Shown here piece by piece: positions 25,801-37,800 of a DNA stretch of 64,000 nucleotides (position 1 is the stretch's first letter; the number at the start of each line of letters is the position of its first letter). Location: assembly GCA_965235115.1 (NCBI GenBank), contig OZ249436.1, positions 14,076,001 to 14,140,000 of the forward strand, in the 5' to 3' direction. This stretch comes from Laetmonice hystrix. Its lineage: Eukaryota. The notes below the pieces were generated by a model. The model worked only from the letters and a program-made list of their open reading frames with translations, was not told where the DNA came from and did not search any database. A program made the position numbers and the translations under genes.

Positions 25801-28800
25801 AAAGGGATTACTGTGAATAGAAGACCCTCTGTTTAACTAGACGGTGTGTGTTTCCAAAGTAAGCCTGATACTGGAAAAATGTACACCGGCAAACACGTGT
25901 CTCAGGTTGCACGTCTTGTACCACTGTAACCGTATCAGAACATGATGTTGACATGCGCATCATGTTCGAGCATGAACACCGGAAGTATATTCTCTGGCAC
26001 AAAAGTAATTCTACATGCCATTACTATATTTAGGAATCTGAGAATCTCATACTTGATATGCCGTTTTGTCAAATACGGGTTCACTTTTCACAACTATGCT
26101 ACCCAAATAACAGTCCATAGGTGGGTCAGAGGTACACCCAAGCTTTGGTTTTGATCGTCGGCATAGTGCTGCCCCATTTGAGATTTTGTTCTCCCAGTCC
26201 CATAATAGGTGCCGGATCAACACGGATCACATCCGGCACGATCCGGCGTGTGAACCGTGTAGCCGCCGTGTAGCTCCGCGGCGATCCCTCTTGGTCCTGG
26301 AACGTCCGGGAATGTCCTTGGAGCTCCGGGAGGCCAACACGGCAATTTTGGGAAGTTCAAAACTGCCGTGTTCTTCCGTGACGGTCCGGGGAGATGGCAA
26401 CATCCGGGGTGGACCGTGTTGGTCCGTGTCGCTGCCGTGTGGGTCCGGGATGGTTCGTGTACACGCCGTGTTAGTCCGTGTTTATTCGGGGCTGTCCGTG
26501 TCTCTACCGTGTTGGTCCGTGTTAGTCCGTCGCTCTGCCGTGAATGTCCGGGACGGTCCTTGGTCATCCGTGTGGGCACCGTGTTGATTGCTGCCGTGTT
26601 TGTCCGTGTTTGTACGGGTTCGTCCGTGTAGCTGCCGTGTTGCCACCGCTCAAAACCCAAAAAAAGAGCACGGATCGTCCCGGATCTTGATCCGGCGGGA
26701 TCCGGCACTTTCCGGGACTGCCGTGTCCATCCGTGCGTATATGGGACTGGGGCTTATTGGACGTGACCACATCATGGATGGGTCAAAGCTGGCCGCACTA
26801 TACCGAGTACAAGTTCTGATACCCAGCAACACCGCATAATCAGACGCAATCCAGAGGGAGCCAGCGCTGAGCCAGCACTGAGCCAGCCCTGGGCCAACAC
26901 TGAGCTAGCGCTGAGCCAGCGCTGAGTCAGCACTGAGCTGAGCCAGCACTGAGCCAACACTAGGCCAGCACTGAGCCAGCGCTGGGCCAGCACTGAGCCA
27001 GCAGTGGGCTACCATGCAGTGGTCCGATGAACAAAATCAGAGGTCGGCAGAAGCGCTGGCCAAGCATCAGGGCATACACCATGCATTATGATATCTGGTG
27101 TTCGTTACAGTCATGCATATGCCCATAGTGATTACAGTAAAAAAGGCAGCCATCCCTGAGACTAGCCCATAATATAAAATGTATTGCCTGTATTCTCCTT
27201 TCAGATCTGTCTTAGATTTCATGAATGATAACAGATAATTTTATATTAAACATTCCTCGTTACTTTCAGAGTGGTGCTGCTATTTCTGACGTCGGCCGTG
27301 TTTCTACTGGTAGCAGGCGAGGCAAAGAGGGTGAGTATTCGTTATTGTGGTCGCATTTGTTCATGACCAATTACCCTAACTCCCCCTCGAACGTATCAAA
27401 GTCATTTACTGGTATATGTAGCAACCAGGCGGCGACATCCATCATCCCAGGGAGAAGATATTAATGTTAGTGGCTGATCCAGGACCGGGGGGGGGGGGGT
27501 ACGGGGGTTGCACCCCCCCCCCCTACCAAGTATTTCTTCTGTTTTTCTGCTTGAAAGATTGAAACCAAATATACACCCACCCACCCTTCCCTTGGCACCT
27601 ATAACAACCCCCCCCCCCCTTGGCGCAAACCTGGATCCGACCCTGTAATGATATGTGGACATGTGCACTTCAATAGGCTATTCCTTCCCTCATCTACTCC
27701 TGTGTATGTAAGAACCTAAGTATGTGAGTACCCTACTATATTTACCACAGCTTACTTAGACACCTGGGCCGTGTCTGTTATGGATTATGGCCAGATCATA
27801 AGGTAATAATTCCCATATCACCTGCCAGATGAGAATGGACCAGGGTCGGTTATGGGGGTTCTCCTGCCGGCCACACCCTGTACCGAGCAGTGGTACCCGC
27901 CACACATGGAGAACTCCTGGCTGTCCTGTTTACCCACCACCCCACCAAGCAACTGACCCTCTTTAGCGAACCCTGCGCGGCAAAGTTTGGTGTGGTGCTG
28001 ACGGTGTTGACATACGGTAAAGTGGCGTCGTGCAGTCTGGGCGGCACGCAACCCTCAACTGTCAGCTGCTGACAAGAGCACAGACACCCACAGCCTTGTT
28101 ACACCACCACAAAATGTTGCACGTTTCCAAACAGAACAGACCAGCCAAAACACTGTTGTGAAACATCTCCATTTACAGTCTGTTTATTCCTAAGCACAAC
28201 GCCTTTCAGTTTGAAAGGCTTGCATTCTCGCTCTCAGGTCGTTTATCTCAGTGATCCGATCGGTAAGCGGAACGGGATCGTTTGAATGCTTCTTACAAAA
28301 AAGTCTTTAAGATTCTTCGTCAGATGGACTAGCTGGTAAAGATCAAAGTTACAATCAAAGAGTGACTGATCCATGGTAATGTATACACGGTGAACAAATG
28401 TATCCGTGCCTACATCGCTATGTACCTTACCCTGCAAAACCTCTGATCCCTTCATCATAAAACACGGTAGTCCAAACAAGGCGACCAAAGAGCGTGAAGT
28501 TAAGTTCTATCATTTGATTAAACACCCACATTTAGCCTCCCATAAAATGCACACATAATCACGCTGTATCACGGGAAGGGTGAATGAGGCATTCATAGTT
28601 CTACCCCTTCTCCCGCCGTGTGTATTCTTGCCTAAGTGTCTATCTCATTTATGAAGTTCGTTCAATGTACCTACCAAAATGGTGTTATTGTTGAATAGGT
28701 TAAGAGGACAGACTGTGAGCTCCCACGGGGGCCGGGAGTCCACAGCGGTCCGACTGGTGACCAGGTGATTGTCTCCACTGAGATCTTTATTCGGTAGATT

Positions 28801-31800
28801 ACGGTTCACGACACTGTTGTGAGGATCACAGACCTTGAGGCCGCGACCCCGTACATTATTACTGGTCAGTAGACCTCCCGCCGCAGGTATCCTCACATTA
28901 AGCTGACAACTGAAGGCTGACCACGCCGAGTCCATCTGTTGATTAGTGTCCATTTTCTGTGCTCGCGGACCGTGTATATTTCACGTTTGTCACGACACTC
29001 CACAGGACGGAGCGTGCCAATCTCGTTTATTTAACATACCATTGGGCCAGGTTATACCTGGTGCACACTACACGACTTGCTAAGACGCGACAGTTGAGTT
29101 GCTATTTTCCCCGATTCCCGATAAATACTGACACGTTCACACTACCCGACAGTTGTTCATTTCTTGAATTCATTTTTTGAGTTGTATACGATAAAGGGAT
29201 AAAGAAATTAGTAATATTATAGTAGCAGCACGCATGCTGCGTTGAAGGTGAAGTTTGATACTATACGAGGCCTGCCCAGTCGTGCATAAGACTCTTAAAG
29301 CAATCACTGAGTATCTCTCATTTCAATGTCTCCAAAATGCAGACATGGGCTGTTAGGTTAGATAAGGTCTTAGACTACATAAATCAATAAATACATATAT
29401 ACCCACAGAAATGGAGAAATCTAATCTGAATTTCATTGGCTGTTCAAGTCAGTGCAAGGTCAACAACCAGCCAGGAGACGTTCGCTTCATGGCAACAACA
29501 GGCAGATGGAATGTTGAATTTCATTAGATTTCTCCATTTCTTTGGGTACACATTTATTGATTTATGTAGCCTAAGTAATTGAAATAAGAGATACTCGGTG
29601 ATTGCTTTAAGTATACAGCTGAAGACGTATTGCGGAATAGTAAATAGGGTATCCCTTGGTAAAATATTTTGATTAAATATTTTGGCAGCTGGTGTGTTGA
29701 AATACCGAAAAAGGCTTTTTTATTATATAAGAATAAAAGAATGCATGATTTATCTCAGAGTTATACGACATTCACGTAATATATGGGACCACTTTCGATC
29801 CTCTCAACCCATTCGAATATTTTGAGAACATTATGTCAAGGCTTGGAACGCATGTAATGCTCAGCTCAATTTCTCATCCCTAGCCCAAGGACTAGAATAA
29901 TGAGCAATGGAAAAAAGATCAGTGGTATCAAAATACCAACTAAAATACGTTACCGAACTAATTTGCGCAACTATTAAACCGTGCATATATCATTAGCCGT
30001 CATTATGTATCTGCCAGATTTGCCATCACGACTATGAGTATTTATGAGGTATTTTTTAGCAGTTTTTGGTTATGTGTTTTACACATAAAGAATTTATAAG
30101 TATTGTCACCAACAGACACATCTCCTCCTGGGGGTAATGATTCTTAACTCTGAAAAAAAAACAGTTTCGATCTTAATCGAATGGTCCACATTCCCAGACG
30201 AAACTATGCATTTCGCCCCTTTTTGCGGGCAGGGTGTGTGTGTTAAAACGGCTGATAGCCGTATTGAAGGACAAGAGAATGATAACCTGGATAACCGCGT
30301 ACACTGGGCGCAGAATTAACGACAATATATTATGGAAAGGATGAAGAAGATAGGGCTTCTTATGTTTACGGCACGTACAACTTACCTGTAATTAGGCACT
30401 CAAGTAGCATACCAGCTCAAGTCTTTCTCACACCAAAAAGCTATGAAGGTTCATAAAAACATTAAAAAGGTCGTATCTAACTTTAGGGAGTACTTGGTGC
30501 ATGTATGTAGACCTATTACATGAAGAGATAAACAGAGTATCGAGGCACCATGGGGCCATCTTCTTTGCTACCGTGCACCTGGTAGAACTATGTACCTTCC
30601 ATTTGTATAGTTCTGGTTTTTAAGAGTGACTACTGACTGTCCCAGCTTTGATTGGTCAGAATCGGCCGTCTTAAGTTTTAAGTTCTTCAAATGTTGCGAT
30701 AGAAACCCTGTTTCGGCTAGATACGTCCGAACGGCTAGATATGTCCGAGAGGAGATATGTCCGCAAACATCAGCTAGATGTGTCTGAAGAAATTGATATG
30801 TCCGCAAATATCAGCTATAGATATGTCCGGTACCGGACACATCCAGCTGACATTTGCGGACATATCCGGATTACCGGACATATCTAGCTGATATTTGCGG
30901 ACATATCCAGATTACCGGACACATCCAGCTGGGGAACTACCTACTAGTCCGGGGGTCCACTAGTCCGAGGGTTCACTAGTCCGAAGTTGGCAGTAGGCAA
31001 TGGCAGGGGAATATGGGGCAAATAGGGAGCTAACTTCAGGGGGCCGTTAGTCCGACAGCCCAATGGTGCAACAGACCAATCCCCTATGGGTTAGAGTTAA
31101 GGTTAGGTTTAGGGTTAGTTATATTTGGTTTTAGGGTTAGGGTTGCCTATTGCCCATTTCGGACTAGTGAACCCTGGGACTAGTGAACCCTGGGACTAGT
31201 GAACCCTACCCGCTAGCTGATATTTGCGGACATATCCGGATTACCGGACACATCTAGCTGATATTTGCAGACATATTTGGATTACCGGACATATCTGGCT
31301 GATATTTGCGGACATAATTATATCCTGTCGGACATAACTAGCCGTTCGGACATATCTAGCCGGAACAAACCCTCACTTGCCGATTCCATAAAAACCGTAA
31401 ACGTAAAACACGCAACACGTAATATTTTCGCGTTGTGTCATTCTCGCGAAATTTTTATGGGGATCTTCCGTACACCTATGCTGTTTTCTAATTCAACCAT
31501 TGCTGTTCCCCATCCGTGATTTTCGTCTGCGTAAAATCTTTTCGAAATTTTCATCTCAAGTGAAATCTGTGAAAATATCCACGTACTTCGAAAGCCGAGA
31601 ATGCTACCCTTAAAAAAAAAATCTCGCGGAATTTCACTTTTTATACCGTATAGTGCTCGACCGCATTAATTTCTCTCGGAGCAGACTTGTCACCTTATAA
31701 ACAAGTTTATCAATCATTCTGGGGTGCTGCCAGAGTGTGCTTGGTTTGTGATAAAGGACACAGTATAGCTGAGGAGGACATGATACCAGTGTCATGAGAA

Positions 31801-34800
31801 ACCAATCGAAAAATGGTGGCTCATATAGTGAGGGGGTTGGGAAGAGATTATCAGTGCACCACACATCTCACCCCCCCCCCCCAATCACAGAGAGAAGGGG
31901 TGGGAAGAGATTATCAGTGCACCACACCCCTCACACCCCAATCACAGAGAGAGGGGTTGGGAAGAGATTATCAGTGCACCACACCCCTCACATCCCCAAT
32001 CACAGAGAGAAGGGTTGGGAAGAGATTATCAGTGCACCACACCCCTCACATCCCCAATCACAGAGAGAAGGGTTGGGAAGGGATTATCAGTGCACCACAC
32101 CCCTCACATCCCCAATCACAGAGAGAGGGGGTATACCTGCGGAAGAGGGTGAACAATTAATCATTCGTTTAAGGCCATGCACGTATAACGTGGGACGTGT
32201 AAGGGCGACGTAAAAAAGCACAAGGCTGTCTGTACGGTTAGATTCATTGTAGAGGCCTAACTCGCTGGAGGAGAGATTACACAGCACGGAGTCGGAATGA
32301 AATACATAGAGATAGAGAGAAAAAATCGGAACGCTCGCCCAACCCGTGATATGTGGCCATGCACTCTCGTTGACCTACGACACAGATGCCAGAACGGGTG
32401 GCATCACACGCCGAGTGAGCAGGGCATCTTCTACGATACGTTCCAAATGGGGCAGTCTCGCACTCGTCTAGTTACATCCATGACAGCTGTGTCCCTCAAC
32501 AAAGTGGAGCCTGGCCGTTGCTATCAATCTCTGTATCCACGGGATGTGGATCCTAATGTTTATTGTCGATGTAGCACTTTATATTGCTCTCAAGCTCATG
32601 AGATACTGTATATCGTATTCCTCGTAACATATGCGAGTGACGATCTAAATATAGATCGTTATCTAAACTGAGTAAAATCCAGATAATCTTTAGACAGTAA
32701 CTGTGCCACGTTCTTAAAATTCCATGGAAAACAACACATGAAGGCTTTTTTCCTAGGAAATTTGCATGATATGCATGAAAATCACAGCTGGGCGTTAGCT
32801 CCTTTACAGTAAAGAGAGGGGCAGCAGCGAACGCAGAAAACAATATCTTACGGTACAAACTCTTGAGGGGTGATGCTATCCGATTGGTCACTTAGAATGG
32901 AATCTAACTTCCCTATGTCTGGTCAATGTCTGCAGAGGTTCAAGGTTTAAAACTTGGCTGATGCTTTGGATTCCATGTAGGCGTACATCCTTGGACGTGG
33001 TTAAGATTGGAATGACTACTCAGCATTGATACATCGGCAAAGATAGCAGTACATACTGCCGTTAGGTGTGCTGGACTCGGTAGAACTTTTCCACACGGTC
33101 CTGAGAGTAGACGTCCTGTAGTTCAGCAGGTGAATGGCGCCCCGGGGAGTACGACTCAAGATACGGTCGTTTGAGCAAAGCCGAGAGGTGTCCCGCCGGT
33201 GACAGCGCCATTATTCACCTCCAAGTGAACGGAAAACGAGAGGCGAATGAAAGACATTCCTCTGGGATCCGAGGTCACCTCAACCGTTTCAACACTTTTT
33301 TCATGCACTGGGAAGGCTTATAGGCTTTAACATATAGCAGGGCTACTTTATTATTACAGTGTATCTCGTGGTGATGGTAGCCATCTGGAGGAAGTAAAGG
33401 TGAATAGTGAGGCACTGCGCGGGTTGGAAGATTTGTGCCGGAAAAAAGAAAAAGGAAAAGAAAAACATTAACCAATGTATGAATGTATAATATGTCTTTT
33501 CATCAATTCTATGGTGACAGGTCTTCATAGCATCTTCCCATGCAGCTGATATCAAACTTGAATATATCACGTTCGTCGATTACAGGTGCACAGTGGTATA
33601 CCTATACCATGACTGCCAATGTCGCTTTATTCACGTATTCTACCTGTCAGTACCCTAAGAAGGGCTTCTGTTGAAAACAATTGATGCTCTTGGAAAAAAG
33701 TGTTGCCCCTTCTATGATTAACGACAATCGCGATATCGCGGCATATAACTGATTAATTATAGTTTTATTTAAAATTAAAGATGTGTTCGACAAATACAAA
33801 TTGTCATGTCGGAACTTTTTATTGGGGAACGTTTATCAGCCGCCAGGTCTTTACGTCATCATTATGACATATGACGACACGTTTAGATTCAGACCGTATC
33901 CTTGTGGAAATACGATGAAATGTTCCAGTCAATGTTTAATCGACAACCAACATTATGCATATCAAAGAACGGGTATGTACAGTATCCTAGAACTTAATTG
34001 CCAGAAAGATTTCCTTTTCAAGACAAACCATCACGATCACTAATTGCTGAGCAGATATATACTCTCTTATAAACTTAATAGTAATATAGAAACTACAAAA
34101 CTGTGTTGTTGAAATACTTCTTTTAAGACTTTGCCTCATCAGAAGTCTTTTGGAATGACGGACACGTCCTTAGCTTGCTGCCATAATATGAGCCAAATTC
34201 ATATATAAACAAAACGGGAAGCCTACTTGGCGTTAGGCCCGACTTGCTAGGCATACCTTTACCACCCAGCCTCACCGCCCGCAGCCTCCGCCGCCGTCAG
34301 TCGGCAAGTTGACATGAGGGTCCCGACCCTGCTGTCTACTGAGAGACAAATGTGACCATGTGGTTAGTTGTATGGAGGAGGCGTGGGCCCCGGCCGTCCT
34401 GGGCCCTCGCTAGGTACTACAGGTGTCAGGTGGTTATGGGCAGCTTTGATGAAATCTGGGCTACATGACGGTAAAGTTGTTATGAATCATAAAGTGTTTT
34501 TATAACAGGTGGTCCGATACCAAGCGGGGGTGTAGAGGATGGAGGGTTTTATTTTGGGTCCAGCACTACGCGTGCTGTCACGGGATCCGACGGATCGGTT
34601 TTCTTGTCGCGCGCCAGGATCAACGTGTGAACGCCCAATGGAAGGTAAACACGGGATCTATACGCCATCAAGCATCCCGGCAGACTATGACCAAAGGTCG
34701 GATGTCAAAAGGTGTTCGCTCAGGGCCGTGTTGAGCCGTTGTCTGGGGTGGCGAGGCCTTCCATGGGGACGTTATGTGTACGGTTTTTGTGTTCAGTGGG

Positions 34801-37800
34801 CCGCACACAGACCACATGAGAGGAAGACCGCCTGTGAGAACAACCAACCGAGGCAGACGGTTAAAACATGAGCCCTGATTTATACTTACGATTCCCTTTG
34901 TGTGTACACAATGCATCAGTTGTTTATATATGCCATATATATCTAGTTCTTGTCTTACCCTGTGATGCTAGACACATACACAAAAAAACAAGATTGGACG
35001 AAAAAAAAGAAAGGAAGAAAAGAAAGCATCAATAACGACCCAAATAAGTTGTATATACCACTGTTAGCAAGCACTGATTATGCACCAACCCATCCTGCAT
35101 GACATGGACCTAGTGTGAGAGCAGCTGAGGGCAAAGGTTCCTGTATATAACCAACGGACTAGTCTGCCAACGTACGGGAATAGAGTGGCCACCATTGTCA
35201 ATGCGAGCTCATCTAAATGACGGCTGCATAAGCTCTCGACACATACTCTCGTACCGTTTACAGGGGAGGGCTCTTTATCATCAGATGTTCACTCCGTCCT
35301 ATGGAATAACCAGTATTGTTTGCGTTAAGAAAGCCTAAATACGAAATACATTCTGTGGAATTGATATTACCCTATACTCCTATAACGCGTCATCTCTATT
35401 TTGTTTTGCATTTAAGACGTCTGTTTATATAGCTTTATTTGTATTAATCCAGGCAGAAACCTATCGTCGATAGAATGATATGAGGCCAGCCAGAATGACG
35501 TGCCCGTTCTGAATGCCCGGGGTCTGCCTCACAGCGCATAAAGCCGCTCTGTAAGGTTTTAGGGGAAACCACCCCGCATCACGACCGTTATAAGGAAACC
35601 TTTAATCACAATACAACACAACCCCTTACCTCTATACACATTAAGTGTAGACTCGGACCTCTGATCGAGAAATACGAGCCGTCATCAGGTCACATTTCGT
35701 CCTTCACAATCTGTGCTACCACCCGTGAGCCGATCTCGATTTACATGCGTCTTTTAACACCAGGCTCTAGGAGCTGAGGCAGGGATTGTGTGGGGATGGG
35801 ATTTCTGACGACATACGACACGGGCTGTCTTATAGTCCCTGTGGTACTGTCCTGACCAGGTTATGGGAACGGTCAGTGGTCACAATCACCTGCCCGCCAG
35901 GATTGTACATGGCCTCCAGGCAAAATGAATACTCAATGGGCGCCCTCCCCGCCAGGTGTCCTCATTGAGACTCTGGTGGCGCAGGACTCGAATGTTGGCG
36001 TCACCAAGCAGAACACTCCCTGAAAAGTCCACACCGTTCGAATATTTTTCTCTTGTCCCCTCCCACGTGTAGGCCCCCAGTGTGAAATTCGATCACATTG
36101 CCGATCACATAGCCGTGATTAATGTAGCTATACATCTTCTTCCCAATTACTTGCTTTTTATCCTTCTTTCCACCTTCTCGCGTGTCTGTGTTCGTAGGTG
36201 TGAAAACACTTTAGTCCTGTTTTTTTGGAAACAATACGACTGATGCTAGAACGGCCTTGTCTGGTGGATCCTGCTCTTACTTAGACATCTGAGACGAATA
36301 ACGACAATCGTCACCTTTGACTACTGCTGCAAAGTTCAAAGTCTACGCCACCGCTAGAGATTTCCGTTTATTATGAGGCCTGCTCTTTCAATGATGAGCA
36401 ATAAACTGAACTTTGAATAAGAATATCATTTTACAAGTCTCATGTAAATTAACAAAACAGTGAATCCTAATAACTCAAAAACCATCTCTAACCATGTTAG
36501 TCACGAACACTACAGTGCCAAGGTGAGCACCCTCTCTAGGCAACATATTTCTCCCAGTAAACTCACGAACACTACAGTGCCAAGGTGAGCACCCTCTCTA
36601 GGCAACATATTTCTCCCAGTAAACTCACGAACACTACAGTGCCAAGGTGAGCACCCTCTCTAGTTAACATATTTCTCCCAGTAAACTCACGAACACTACA
36701 GTGCCAAGGTGAGCACCCTCTCTAGGCAACATATTTCTCCCAGTAAACTCACGAACACTACAGTGCCAAGGTGAGCACCCTCTCTAGGCAACATATTTCT
36801 CCCAGTAAACTCACGAACACTACAGTGCCAAGGTGAGCACCCTCTCTAGGCAACATATTTCTCCCAGTAAACTCACGAACACTACAGTGCCAAGGTGAGC
36901 ACCCTCTCTAGGCAACATATTTCTCCCAGTAAACTCACGAACACTACAGTGCCAAGGTGAGCACCCTCTCTAGTTAACATATTTCTCCCAGTAAACTCAC
37001 GAACACTACAGTGCCAAGGTGAGCACCCTCTCTAGTTAACATATTTCTCCCAGTAAACTCACGAACACTACAGTGCCAAGGTGAACACCCTCTCTAGGCA
37101 ACATATTTCTCCCAGTAAACTCACGAACACTACAGTGCCAAGGTGAACACCCTCTCTAGGCAACATATTTCTCCCAGTAAACTCACGAACACTACAGTGC
37201 CAAGGTGAGCACCCTCTCTAGTTAACATATTTCTCCCAGTAAACTCACGAACACTACAGTGCCAAGGTGAACACCCTCTCTAGTTAACATATTTCTCCCA
37301 GTAAACTCACGAACACTACAGTGCCAAGGTGAACACCCTCTCTAGTTAACATATTTCTCCCAGTAAACTCACGAACACTACAGTGCCAAGGTGAGCACCC
37401 TCTCTAGTTAACATATTTCTCCCAGTAAACTCACGAACACTACAGTGCCAAGGTGAGCACCCTCTCTAGGCAACATATTTCTCCCAGTAAACTCACGAAC
37501 ACTACAGTGCCAAGGTGAGCACCCTCTCTAGGCAACATATTTCTCCCAGTAAACTCACGAACACTACAGTGCCAAGGTGAGCACCCTCTCTAGGCAACAT
37601 ATTTCTCCCAGTAAACTCACGAACACTACAGTGCCAAGGTGAGCACCCTCTCTAGGCAACATATTTCTCCCAGTAAACTCACGAACACTACAGTGCCAAG
37701 GTGAGCACCCTCTCTAGTTAACATATTTCTCCCAGTAAACTCACGAACACTACAGTGCCAAGGTGAGCACCCTCTCTAGGCAACATATTTCTCCCAGTAA

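Noticed and set aside
26186..26993. Cluster of overlapping ORFs
   Set aside because: Produced by GC-rich repetitive MITE interiors that lack stops.
31090..31145. Interstitial telomeric repeat
   Set aside because: A few degenerate GGTTAG units inside a MITE family also seen near 51580.
31794..32213. 139-aa and 115-aa repetitive ORFs
   Set aside because: Translations of the 58-bp minisatellite.
34110..34160. Hammerhead ribozyme (minus-strand CTGATGA; also ~35680)
   Set aside because: No helix II followed by GAAA and no helix I/III pairing found by eye.
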